Positions 7,207 to 15,747 of a stretch of 32,000 nucleotides of DNA are shown here, in pieces. Location: positions 29,317 to 61,316 of the forward strand of contig NYZT01000021.1 of assembly GCA_002687275.1 (NCBI GenBank), given 5' to 3'. Every line of letters starts with the position of its first letter. Positions within the stretch are counted from its first letter, which is position 1. Below the pieces are notes generated by a model, which was not told the DNA's origin, did not search any database, and was given only the letters and a program-made list of their open reading frames with translations. The position numbers and the translations under genes are program-made. The DNA is from Candidatus Woesearchaeota archaeon. GTDB taxonomy: Archaea; Nanobdellota; Nanobdellia; Woesearchaeales; ARS49.

Positions 7207-7557
7207 ATGTCTCGAGTGGCAAAAGTAGTTGTTTTAGATAACGACAAGCAAAGATGCATCGACCTCTCACAGGCCATCCAAAAGCTGGGGCCAGACGTTG
7301 TGAGTGGAGATTTCCAACAAGGCCCAAGAGAGTTTTTGGAAAAAAAAGGAACAGTCGATCTTTTGGTTGTCAGCCTCGACCCATCTGTCAATGTTGAGGA
7401 ACTTCCCGAGGCCATAAAAGACCATCCGGATCCACTCATCTATGTGACTCCAGGAGATGGCCAAGTTTCTGAAGACCAGCTCACCTATGTCAAAGGAGAA
7501 GGCTACGACACCGTGGCAAGAGAGATCGTAAAACAACTAGAAGACCCACCTTTATAA
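7207..7557 (+). CDS. Single-domain CheY-like receiver protein
   Basis: VVVLDND (acidic pocket), VDLLVVSLD (candidate acceptor Asp), LIYVTPGD (T position). The K-P position is not obvious. TTTAAGAATA lies 29 nt upstream of the ATG. Confidence 0.65.
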   Translation: MSRVAKVVVLDNDKQRCIDLSQAIQKLGPDVVSGDFQQGPREFLEKKGTVDLLVVSLDPSVNVEELPEAIKDHPDPLIYVTPGDGQVSEDQLTYVKGEGYDTVAREIVKQLEDPPL

Positions 7558-7579
7558 GGCCACCGTGCATTGAAGACCC

Positions 7580-8302
7580 ATGCCCAAGATTACACTCGTA
7601 GAGGACGATCCAGTCACAAGAACGATTATATCCGCCGCAATATCCACGATTGGCGACGTCCAAATAGTAAGCACAGTACAGGAGGCCATTCCACACGTAG
7701 CTGATAGCGACTTCGTCGTAACCGATTATAACCTTCCAGATGGCAGGGGAACAGAGGTTATCAAAGAAGCAGTAGCCAATCGCGTGCCGTATTTCCTCAC
7801 CTCTGGAGACGGCCTTGATCTCATGCATACCCATCTTGATCTTGCACCCCACACCATTCCAAAGCCTGTGGGCGTGGCGGCACTCAAGGAGATGACAGAA
7901 ACCAGGATAGGTCAGTTTGACACAATGTATGAATCAGGATTGCCGCTCGTGTTCAGCTACAGTAAAAAATCTAAAGACGCGTACGCGGCAAAGATCATGA
8001 TAGAAGGAGCAGGCCTGGCTCGCGTGGTGGCAACGGCAAACGATAACCGGTGGATGGAGCTAGCACGTGACCTAGCCAGAACACCCGCACCCCTAAGCAT
8101 ACTCATCGCAGACGCAGATAGCGATGCAGGTGCACAAGTCATCGAGATGAACGCCACGGAGCTAAGGACAAGCTACATCGTGCTTTGTGGGAAAGACCGT
8201 GAGAACGAGATGAACCATTGCGTATACCCCTTTGAGGGCGACACCTTCCTCGACATGGTAGACTCAAGACTCGCACGTGCCGACCCAGGCGCCAGGATCT
8301 GA
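7580..8302 (+). CDS. Response-regulator receiver protein with a second degenerate receiver-like domain and no recognisable output domain
   Basis: Canonical REC residues are present: ITLVEDD, DFVVTDYNLPDGRG, YFLTSG, IPKPV. The second half (LPLVFSYS...ILIADADSD...IVLCG) looks like a divergent flavodoxin-fold or REC repeat. TTTATAAG lies 29 nt upstream and overlaps the previous stop codon. Confidence 0.8.
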   Translation: MPKITLVEDDPVTRTIISAAISTIGDVQIVSTVQEAIPHVADSDFVVTDYNLPDGRGTEVIKEAVANRVPYFLTSGDGLDLMHTHLDLAPHTIPKPVGVAALKEMTETRIGQFDTMYESGLPLVFSYSKKSKDAYAAKIMIEGAGLARVVATANDNRWMELARDLARTPAPLSILIADADSDAGAQVIEMNATELRTSYIVLCGKDRENEMNHCVYPFEGDTFLDMVDSRLARADPGARI

Positions 8303-8336
8303 ATAAGCTTAAAAACTCTGTTTCTCTAGCAAGCGC

Positions 8337-10673
8337 ATGACAAGATTCTTTCTCGTAGACATCCACTACACCATCGAAGCAGGCAAGGCCATCCTCCGCC
8401 TGTATGGGAGGGATGGGAAAGGCAAGCCAGTCACGCTCAAGGATGAAAACTTTGAGCCATACTTCTACGTGGTGTGCGACGATCCTGCAGGACTAGAAGA
8501 TCTCAAAGAAGACGATTTTCACGTAACAAAAGTAGAAAAAGAAGAAAAGTTGTTGCTAGAAAAGCCCGTCACTGCGTACAAAGTGTACGTCAACCTGCCA
8601 ACAGCAGTACCCGTGCTACGCGAGCTAGCCAAAGACATCGGACAAACACTAGAAGACGACGTGTTGTTTGCAAGAAGATACCTCATCGACAAAGGACTCA
8701 CCCCGCTAGACCTTGTAGAAGCAGAAGTGGAAGGCGACAGCATCAAAACAATAAAAGCAGAAACAGGAACCTACACGCCAAAAGGGTTAGCGTTTGACAT
8801 CGAAACCTACACGCCACCAGACAGGAAAGAGATAGACTACGACAACCCCATCATCATGATAGCCGTCTACGCTCCCGACTATCAGAAAGTCCTTACGTGG
8901 AAAAAAGCAAAAGGGGCAGAGGTCCTCGACAGTGAGAAGGCCATGCTAGAACGCTTTGTTGACGTCGTCAAAGCATACGATCCTGACATTCTTACCGGGT
9001 ACGCCAGCGATGGCTTTGACCTGCCCTACCTACTCGCACGATGCAAAAAGCTGAAAGTGCCGCTAGCGCTCGGAAAGGATGGTAGCAGCGTGATCACAAA
9101 AGGCAGGAGCAGACAGGAGGCAAGAATAACCGGCATCGCCCATGTCGACCTGTACAAGTTCATACGAAGAGTGCTCGGCCGAACCATGAAAACCCAAAGC
9201 TTCTCCTTGAACAACGTAAGCCAAGAGTTACTAGGAGAAAAAAAACAGGAAGTAGACCTGGACAACATAGGCAGCGCGTGGGATGCAGGCAAGATAGACG
9301 AGTTTGTAGAGTACAACCTCCAGGACACAAAGCTCACCTACAACCTCATGCTCAAAGTGTGGCCGTCCCTCCTAGAAATGACAAAGATAGTCGGGCTGCC
9401 ACTATTTGACGCCTCACGATTAAGCTTCTCCCAGTTCGTAGAATGGTACATGATGAAAAAAGCGTTCTCCATGAACGAACTGTTCCCGGCAAAGCCCGGC
9501 TACCGCGAACAGACAAGAAGAATGGGCCAGCGAGCGCAAGGAGGCTACGTCTACGAGCCAGAGCCAGGCGTGTACGACAACATCGCCGTGTACGACTACC
9601 GAAGCCTCTACCCCAGCATCATTGTCTCCCACAACATAAGCCCAGGCACCGTCAACTGCGAGTGCTGCAAAGGAAAGATACCAGAACACGACATGCACTT
9701 TTGCAAGAAAAAACAAGGATTTGTTAGCGGCGTGATCAAAGAACTACTAGACTACCGAACCACCATAAAAAAACAAAGCCAAAAAAACAAAGACGTCGTG
9801 CTAGAAGCAAGAGCGTACGCACTCAAGGTGTTGCTGAACAGCTTCTACGGCTACCTCGGCTTTGCCATGGCAAGATGGTACTCTACACAGTGCGTAGAGG
9901 CCATCACCGCCTACGCAAGACACTACGTGAAGGACGTCATTGCCAAGGCAGAAAAACAAGGCTTTGCCGTCCGCTACGGAGACACAGACTCCTGCATGCT
10001 AGAACTCGGCAAGAAAACAGAAAAAGACGCCAAGAAATTCTTACAACTCGTCAACAAGGGCTTGGCAGACCCCATGGAGCTAGAACTAGAAGACGTGTTC
10101 CCTGCAGGCATCTGGGTGGCCACCAAAGGAACAGCACAAGGCGCCAAGAAAAGGTATGCGTTGCTAGACAAAGAAGGAAATCTGAAAATAAGAGGGTTTG
10201 AGAGCGTACGAAGAAACGCAGCAGTCATCGCAAGAAAAACCCAACAAGAATTGCTCATGATCGTGCTCAAAGACAGAGACAAAGAAAAAGCCGTCAAGTT
10301 AGTCAAGGACACCGTGGATAAGCTCAGAAAGAACGAGCTGCCAATCGAGGACGTCGTCATCACCACCCAAGTCCAAAAAACAACAGACAAGTACGAAAGC
10401 GTGGGGCCGCACGTCGCAGCAGCAAAATTAATGGAAAACAAGGGCAGGACGGTCAAGAAAGGAACCATCGTTGCATATATTGTCAAGAAAGGCGAGGGAA
10501 AGATTCGCGATCGCGTGCAGCTCGCAGAGGACGCCAGGCAAGGCGAGTATGACGGCGAGTACTACATCACCAACAGTCTTGTTCCTGCCGTAGAAAACAT
10601 TCTCAGCGTACTAGGAGTGAGTCCAGAGAGCATCACCGAGGCAACCCAGCAGACGACCTTGGCGGGTTTCTAG
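8337..10673 (+). CDS. polB: Family B DNA polymerase
   Basis: Exo I LAFDIETY, Exo II GYASDGFDLPYL, Exo III YNLQDTKLTYNL, Pol A DYRSLYPSII, Pol B KVLLNSFYGYLG, Pol C RYGDTDS. 778 aa with no intein. Confidence 0.95.
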   Translation: MTRFFLVDIHYTIEAGKAILRLYGRDGKGKPVTLKDENFEPYFYVVCDDPAGLEDLKEDDFHVTKVEKEEKLLLEKPVTAYKVYVNLPTAVPVLRELAKDIGQTLEDDVLFARRYLIDKGLTPLDLVEAEVEGDSIKTIKAETGTYTPKGLAFDIETYTPPDRKEIDYDNPIIMIAVYAPDYQKVLTWKKAKGAEVLDSEKAMLERFVDVVKAYDPDILTGYASDGFDLPYLLARCKKLKVPLALGKDGSSVITKGRSRQEARITGIAHVDLYKFIRRVLGRTMKTQSFSLNNVSQELLGEKKQEVDLDNIGSAWDAGKIDEFVEYNLQDTKLTYNLMLKVWPSLLEMTKIVGLPLFDASRLSFSQFVEWYMMKKAFSMNELFPAKPGYREQTRRMGQRAQGGYVYEPEPGVYDNIAVYDYRSLYPSIIVSHNISPGTVNCECCKGKIPEHDMHFCKKKQGFVSGVIKELLDYRTTIKKQSQKNKDVVLEARAYALKVLLNSFYGYLGFAMARWYSTQCVEAITAYARHYVKDVIAKAEKQGFAVRYGDTDSCMLELGKKTEKDAKKFLQLVNKGLADPMELELEDVFPAGIWVATKGTAQGAKKRYALLDKEGNLKIRGFESVRRNAAVIARKTQQELLMIVLKDRDKEKAVKLVKDTVDKLRKNELPIEDVVITTQVQKTTDKYESVGPHVAAAKLMENKGRTVKKGTIVAYIVKKGEGKIRDRVQLAEDARQGEYDGEYYITNSLVPAVENILSVLGVSPESITEATQQTTLAGF

Positions 10674-11035
10674 GCCCCATCCAAATAGTTTTGGGCCACC
10701 GAAAGGTAGGTCACGCGTAGCTCGCCTAGCTCATATTTCATTGTTGCTATGAGCTCGTGGCTTACCGCATCATCGCCCCAACCATCATCCTCTCCGCCAG
10801 ACTCTTCCCAGATACCCAGTTCTAGACCGCTGAAAACCTCCTCCCCTTCAGCAGGAGAATATCTTCTGCCGGAGACTATCTTGCCAACCACGAGATCATC
10901 CACACGATCTAAGATCTCTAACCCTCGATGCTTAAGCCCCAGGACTACCTGGCTTAATTCAAATCCCTGGGCTCCAGCCGACACAGTAGTATCTCCCTCA
11001 CAGAACCAACGATAAAAACTCGAATACCATAACAT
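10670..11035 (-). CDS. Hypothetical protein (121 aa)
   Basis: ORF co-oriented with, and 32 nt downstream of, the solute-binding protein gene. Its composition looks more protein-like than the Ser/Pro-rich opposite-strand ORF 10749..11015. No family recognised. Confidence 0.4.
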   Translation of the reverse strand: MLWYSSFYRWFCEGDTTVSAGAQGFELSQVVLGLKHRGLEILDRVDDLVVGKIVSGRRYSPAEGEEVFSGLELGIWEESGGEDDGWGDDAVSHELIATMKYELGELRVTYLSVAQNYLDGA

Positions 11036-11067
11036 TCAACAACACGACAACACCCATAATAAAAAGG

Positions 11068-12198
11068 TTAGGGTTCATAAAGAACAAACTCGCCGTTTCT
11101 TACGGTTTTTATTACTAAAGGCTTGGCAACCTCGCCGTACTCGTCAAACGTCGTCACACCAGAGACACCCGGATAGTCCTTGACCTTGTAGAGATAGTTC
11201 TTCATGCAGTCGCTCTCTCCCTTGCAGGCACGCAGGGCCTTTCCAACAAGCATGGCGCCGTCATAGGCCAGGGCGTCAAAGGCAGCGGCCTTCTCACCGT
11301 ATTTTGCTTCGTATTTTGCCTGGAAGGTTGCAACGACAGGATCTGCGCTCTCTGGATCAAACGCAGGATTTGTATACAAGACGCCTTCTGCGTGCTTGCC
11401 AGCAACGGTCAGCATTTCTGGCACCTCAAAACCAAGCGTGCCTAAGATAGGAACGTCCCACTCCATCTCCCTAACTTGCTTGACCACCATCTCTGATTGC
11501 TGGCCTCCAACGTAGAGCACTTCTGGCTTTGATTGCTGCGCCTTGAGAACAGGCGTTCGGTAGTCCGCCTCGCCCTTGTCATATGGCTGGGCGGTGAGCA
11601 CCTTGCCTCCTAACTCCTCAAAGCGCTTGGTGAACGCATCCCGGTATCCCACGCCGTTGTCCTGGTTTATGTATAATATTGCTGCCTTTCGCATGCCCAG
11701 CGTGTCGTACGCGTATTCTGCCATCTGGACGCCATGCGGCCCTCCAGAGACTCGGTTGCGGAAGATGTATTCTCCTGAGTGCTTAAGCCCGGGAGCAGAG
11801 CTTACCGTGGCCATCATGACCGTTCTGTCTTGCTCTGCGATGGGTGCGACAGCCATGGCCGCGCTCGAACACATGGGCCCGATGAGTGCATGGATGTTGT
11901 CCACTGAAACAAGTTTTTGGTAGGCAGCGATTGCTGTAGGAGGATTGCATTTGCCGTCTTCATGCAGCACCCGAATCCTTGCACCAGGTTGGGCGTTTAG
12001 GTCCTCAACGGCTAGGTCAATGCCCTGTCTGACACGGTTAGCAATGGAAGCCATATCACTCGTTAGCGCTTGTATGCTTCCTATCGTGTAGGTTTCTTCT
12101 GCTTGGTTGTTAAGGCTCGTGCCTATCAACCATGCTAGAAAGATAACAACAATGATCAGGAATGCCCAGCCAGCCCATCTCATGCCAAGAAAGAGCAC
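11068..12198 (-). CDS. ABC-transporter substrate-binding protein, branched-chain amino acid (LivJ/K, type I periplasmic-binding fold) family, N-terminally membrane anchored
   Basis: An N-terminal hydrophobic helix (WAGWAFLIIVVIFLAWLIG) is followed by family-typical segments (IGSIQALTSDMASIANRVRQGIDLAVEDLN, ALIGPMCSSAAMAVAPIAEQ, YVGGQQSEMVVKQVREM). The start is either the GTG at 12198 or the ATG at 12183. Confidence 0.8.
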   Translation of the reverse strand: MLFLGMRWAGWAFLIIVVIFLAWLIGTSLNNQAEETYTIGSIQALTSDMASIANRVRQGIDLAVEDLNAQPGARIRVLHEDGKCNPPTAIAAYQKLVSVDNIHALIGPMCSSAAMAVAPIAEQDRTVMMATVSSAPGLKHSGEYIFRNRVSGGPHGVQMAEYAYDTLGMRKAAILYINQDNGVGYRDAFTKRFEELGGKVLTAQPYDKGEADYRTPVLKAQQSKPEVLYVGGQQSEMVVKQVREMEWDVPILGTLGFEVPEMLTVAGKHAEGVLYTNPAFDPESADPVVATFQAKYEAKYGEKAAAFDALAYDGAMLVGKALRACKGESDCMKNYLYKVKDYPGVSGVTTFDEYGEVAKPLVIKTVRNGEFVLYEP

Positions 12199-12230
12199 GG
12201 CAGACCATTAATAGGTTGATATATGCGAAA

Positions 12231-13067
12231 CTATTCTACCGTAACACTGCCGGTCATGCTGGGGTGGATGCCGCACACGTAGCCGAACGTTCCTGGCTCG
12301 TCAGCTAGCACGGTGAACTTACTTCCCGGCGTGATCGTTGGGCTCTCAAAGCCTGCATCTGCACTTACCACGGTGTGGTCAACAGAGTCGTCGTTGACAA
12401 TTTCTATGGTCGTGCCCTTGGCCACGGTGATCGTGGAGGGTACAAACTTCATGTTCTTGATGCTAATCTTAGCATTGCTCGTGTCACCCGGAAGATCTTC
12501 ATCGTCCCCGAAATCAACATCGTCAAAGTCAAAGTTTCCCAGGTCTAGACCGTCATCCAGCCCGCCAAGGTCTAGCTCCTCATCCAATCCCAATCCTACA
12601 TCTGCATCAAGGTCATCGGTCAACTCAGCGATAGGCTCCTCGTCAGGAATTGGCTTTACAGGAGGAGGGATCTCTTCCTTCTTAACCAAAGGCGTGGTGC
12701 TCAGCTCGTCATCGCTAATGCCACCAAGCGGCAGATCATCCGAATCGGCTTGCTCATCGTCGGGCTCATCCGGCATCTCAAACGTGGCTTCGGAACCTGA
12801 ACTTAAATCTTCGCGAGTTGGTCGGTCGTCAAAAACAATCTCAGGAGGGGAGGAGGTAAACGCGTTCATGACAAAGAAAATGCCTGCTCCTGCGAATAGC
12901 AAGCACACTATGAGCAAGCACAAGAGTAGGGCAATCGTGTGGTTTGGCTTCAGCGCTTTCTTGACATCCTCCTCAGGGTAGTATTGAGAAAGGAAAGTTT
13001 GGAGCTGGTCAGGACTGTAGCCCTCTTTCAAGCGAGCGGCGATGTAGTCCTTCAACGGGTCACCCAT
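12231..13067 (-). CDS. Membrane-anchored type-1 copper (cupredoxin/plastocyanin-like) protein with a long acidic linker
   Basis: The C-terminal domain ISIKNMKFVPSTITVAKGTTIEIVNDDSVDHTVV...GTFGYVCGIHPSMTGSVTVE carries the H...C-x2-H-x2-M blue-copper ligand pattern. There is one TM helix (IALLLCLLIVCLLFAGAGIFFV) and a D/E/L/G-rich linker. Confidence 0.8.
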   Translation of the reverse strand: MGDPLKDYIAARLKEGYSPDQLQTFLSQYYPEEDVKKALKPNHTIALLLCLLIVCLLFAGAGIFFVMNAFTSSPPEIVFDDRPTREDLSSGSEATFEMPDEPDDEQADSDDLPLGGISDDELSTTPLVKKEEIPPPVKPIPDEEPIAELTDDLDADVGLGLDEELDLGGLDDGLDLGNFDFDDVDFGDDEDLPGDTSNAKISIKNMKFVPSTITVAKGTTIEIVNDDSVDHTVVSADAGFESPTITPGSKFTVLADEPGTFGYVCGIHPSMTGSVTVE

Positions 13068-13099
13068 ACACGAAATCCAAGACTTCCAGTATAAAATGG

Positions 13100-13140
13100 T
13101 TTCTTTTATAAAAAGAAAAAAATCCTCGCCTAGACGAGGA
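13100..13140 (-). terminator. Hairpin plus T-tract downstream of the 13130..13546 gene
   Basis: TCCTCG (13123-13128) pairs with CGAGGA (13135-13140) around the stop codon. On the minus strand this is followed by TTTTTTTCTTTTTAT. Confidence 0.4.
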
Positions 13141-13546
13141 AATTATGTACGAGCATCTTACGAGTGTACTCACAGTGCTTGGCACGGTGTTCCAGAACAT
13201 CCGCGTGCAGGTCACCCGTCTCAGGGTTAGTGTACGGAACGTTTATGGTATCCTCGCGATAGCCTGCAGCCTCTAGGACAGCTCTAGCGCCATCTTGACA
13301 CGTTATGTGCAACTCTCCTTGTTCGTTCACAAACGCAAACGTTCCGTTGTTGTAATCATAACAACCTCGGATAAAATCAGCGTTGTGGTTGGTCGTGACA
13401 ACTTCAGGAACGTCATACTGCGTGCGATTTGTCTCTATGTGATCTCCTGCGAGACAGACAGTTTCTAACTCAACATCTTGTACAGCTACCTCAGGCTCTT
13501 CCCCTCGGGCGTACTTGTTGTTGTACTGTGTTGTTCGTTGTTTCAT
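13130..13546 (-). CDS. Hypothetical protein (138 aa)
   Basis: ORF with a strong AAGGAGGA 7 nt upstream of the ATG at 13546 (MKQRTTQYNNKY...). No family recognised. Confidence 0.65.
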   Translation of the reverse strand: MKQRTTQYNNKYARGEEPEVAVQDVELETVCLAGDHIETNRTQYDVPEVVTTNHNADFIRGCYDYNNGTFAFVNEQGELHITCQDGARAVLEAAGYREDTINVPYTNPETGDLHADVLEHRAKHCEYTRKMLVHNFLV

Positions 13547-13564
13547 TCTAATCCTCCTTAGCAT

Positions 13565-13590
13565 AACTAGGGGCCCTAGGCCCCATAGTT
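13565..13590 (-). other. GC-rich intercistronic hairpin
   Basis: GGGGCC-CTA-GGCCCC (13570-13584), extended by AACTA/TAGTT with one bulge. It lies between the 13598..13792 and 13130..13546 ORFs. Confidence 0.4.
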
Positions 13591-13597
13591 GTTTAGT

Positions 13598-13792
13598 CTA
13601 TATTATATATACACGATTCTCCAGTTCCAACTGTTCGACATGCTGATCGTACCTCTGATCGATCTCCTGGTCACGCTGTTTTTGGCGGTCCAGATGTTGC
13701 TTACAGATCCGATTCATTTGTACGTGATCCTCGACAAAATGCAGCACGTTGTCTACTAAGTTGTACAGTCTTTGCACTCGTTGGTTTACCAT
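13598..13792 (-). CDS. Hypothetical 64-aa coiled-coil protein
   Basis: MVNQRVQRLYNLVDNVLHFVEDHVQMNRICKQHLDRQKQRDQEIDQRYDQHVEQLELENRVYII. GAGGTGA lies 5 nt upstream of this ATG. The track start at 13801 is a GTG inside the SD. Confidence 0.5.
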   Translation of the reverse strand: MVNQRVQRLYNLVDNVLHFVEDHVQMNRICKQHLDRQKQRDQEIDQRYDQHVEQLELENRVYII

Positions 13793-13896
13793 TGTCTTCA
13801 CCTCATGTGTAGAAGGAGTTTGGGAGCCATATACTATCTGTTCATATAATATATATTTCAGTAAAGCTTTTATACCTCGAAGACTGCCGTGCCGTC

Positions 13897-14751
13897 ATGA
13901 AGCGGAAACTCGTCCAACTAGGGCCAACCAGCCTAGCCATGACGCTGCCAAAAAAGTGGATAGACAAGTTCCACCTCACCCAAGGAAAAGAGGTAGACGT
14001 GGAGGAAAAGGACAAGATACTCGTGGTGAGCACCGAAGCCACAGGACCCAAAGAAACAACCAATTTCGACTTTTCAGGCCTCACCCCCACCATCATGCGC
14101 TTGATGTTGAGCGCGGCATACAAACAAGGACTCCCCGACATCACACTCACCAACGTCAACAAACAACAAAAAAAGGACATCGAGAAGGCTATCAATATCC
14201 TTGTCGGGTATGAACGCCTAGACCAAGGACCGAAAAGCGTGCGACTGGTGGACGTGAGCAGACCCGCAGAAGAGCTCATCGACAAGGCACAGCAACAAAT
14301 GCTGTGGAAGATCCTGAACATGATTGACGAGATCATCGCAGGCATCCACCCAGAAGATCTGCAGGCTCTCGACCTAGAGATCAACAGAGTGAGCTGGTTC
14401 TTACAACGAACCATAGCCGTGTATTACGCAAGAAGCCAAGAACTCTTCCTGATGTTTGAGGAAGCAGGCATCCTAGAGGCACTAGGAGACGGGCTGAAGG
14501 ACTACAACAAGGAAACACGCACAAAACCAAAAGCACACAAAGTATTACTTGGCGAGATCAAACAAGCGATTGAGGATTTGCAAAGCTTCCGCTCGAAGCC
14601 AAACATGGAGCGCATGCTCTCCACGAGAGATAGCATAAAAAAGATAAAGAAAAAAATGAAGGCCCACCCTCTTGCACAGGTCGTGCAGAAGGTGGACGAC
14701 CTCTACGAGGCCGTGGTTGCCCTAAAGATCAACGACCTAAGTACTTCCTGA
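13897..14751 (+). CDS. AbrB/SpoVT-domain plus PhoU-like domain regulator (archaeal phosphate-uptake-regulator-like)
   Basis: The N-terminus MKRKLVQLGPTSLAMTLPKKWIDKFHLTQGKEVDVEEKDKILVV is a swapped-hairpin AbrB/SpoVT-type domain. The helical remainder resembles PhoU repeats. TTTTATAC lies 29 nt upstream of the ATG. Confidence 0.75.
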   Translation: MKRKLVQLGPTSLAMTLPKKWIDKFHLTQGKEVDVEEKDKILVVSTEATGPKETTNFDFSGLTPTIMRLMLSAAYKQGLPDITLTNVNKQQKKDIEKAINILVGYERLDQGPKSVRLVDVSRPAEELIDKAQQQMLWKILNMIDEIIAGIHPEDLQALDLEINRVSWFLQRTIAVYYARSQELFLMFEEAGILEALGDGLKDYNKETRTKPKAHKVLLGEIKQAIEDLQSFRSKPNMERMLSTRDSIKKIKKKMKAHPLAQVVQKVDDLYEAVVALKINDLSTS

Positions 14752-15685
14752 TCTTCTGCTTCTGACGAACTTCCAGATCAAAACCGTACTTGCCTCTTCC
14801 TACCTCTTTGTAAGCCATTGCGTTGGGGACGCCATATCTTACGGTATCCTCAAGACCTACGTCAAAGGTGTGACCCAAGCCCATGTAGTGGCACAGCTCG
14901 TGCACGACGGTTCTTGTCTTACGCTTGACCACCATGTCAAGATCGGCAGCTAGCTCTTGCTCGTTCTTAACACGAATACCAGGCTTGAACACAGGGACCT
15001 TGTAGTCAAGGTCGCCATCTATTTTAGTGGCTGCCAAGACCTTTCTCAGGTCTCCAAACGCGTCATAGTTTGGATCCCTAACCGTGATGCCTGTGCGCCC
15101 CATCTTGGCCAACATACCATCCACGAGGTAGACGTTCTCTCCGGTTTGGATACCGGCAAGCGTCCATGCCGCAGCGTGCATGTCATGCCTGATGCCCAAC
15201 TTTTGCTTGTAAAGTTGCGCGTGGATGTTGGTCAGACGTTGGAACTGGTTGAGCAATCTTTGTCCATGACGGACGTACCGCTCATCGCCAATCATCCTTC
15301 GAACGTTCTTTCTCGCCTCGTCAACCTTTGCCATCTTGGCCTCGATCCTCTTCTTCGCTGGCGCGTAGACTCGTTCGTTTACCTCTTTAGGTTTGAGTTC
15401 TACCACCCTTACACGATCGTTTTCTGGGAGATCTTGCTCTCTTTCGTAAAAGTCAAAATCTACTTCGATGCCTACCTCTTCTTTGAAGTACTGTTTAGCA
15501 AGATTGAAGATTCTTTCTTGGTTTTCCTTGAAAATCCCCTCTTTGAGCACGACGTCGCACTCTAATCGGTATTCTAATGCTTGCTCAGCGCGTGCTGTCG
15601 CAGGTGCCACTATGGGTGGCGTGACTACTGCAGCCGCTCCTACGAGCAATGCCTTCAGTATGTTTCTTCGGGTTATATTCATCAT
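14729..15685 (-). CDS. Tat-exported zinc metalloprotease (metzincin-type HExxHxxGxxH)
   Basis: Twin-arginine signal (MMNITRRNILKALLVGAAAVV...ARAEQ) and VVHELCHYMGLGHTFD. AGGTGA lies upstream of the ATG pair. The 3' end overlaps the convergent PhoU-like gene by 23 nt. Confidence 0.8.
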   Translation of the reverse strand: MMNITRRNILKALLVGAAAVVTPPIVAPATARAEQALEYRLECDVVLKEGIFKENQERIFNLAKQYFKEEVGIEVDFDFYEREQDLPENDRVRVVELKPKEVNERVYAPAKKRIEAKMAKVDEARKNVRRMIGDERYVRHGQRLLNQFQRLTNIHAQLYKQKLGIRHDMHAAAWTLAGIQTGENVYLVDGMLAKMGRTGITVRDPNYDAFGDLRKVLAATKIDGDLDYKVPVFKPGIRVKNEQELAADLDMVVKRKTRTVVHELCHYMGLGHTFDVGLEDTVRYGVPNAMAYKEVGRGKYGFDLEVRQKQKIRKYLGR

Positions 15686-15747
15686 AATCACCTAAGAGTA
15701 GTAGCACGGTCAGACGTTTCAATTTAAGTATAAATTATATATACTTA

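Noticed and set aside
1790-10673. Inteins in nrdJ or polB
   Set aside because: Both proteins have normal intein-free lengths. The conserved motifs are contiguous (for example SLYPSII, KxxxNSxYG and YGDTDS in PolB), and no Cys/Ser...HN splice-junction block interrupts them.
10749-11015. 88-aa Ser/Pro-rich ORF on the + strand after polB
   Set aside because: Its low-complexity composition is typical of an antisense shadow. The opposite-strand 121-aa ORF looks more protein-like, although that ORF is itself only moderately supported.
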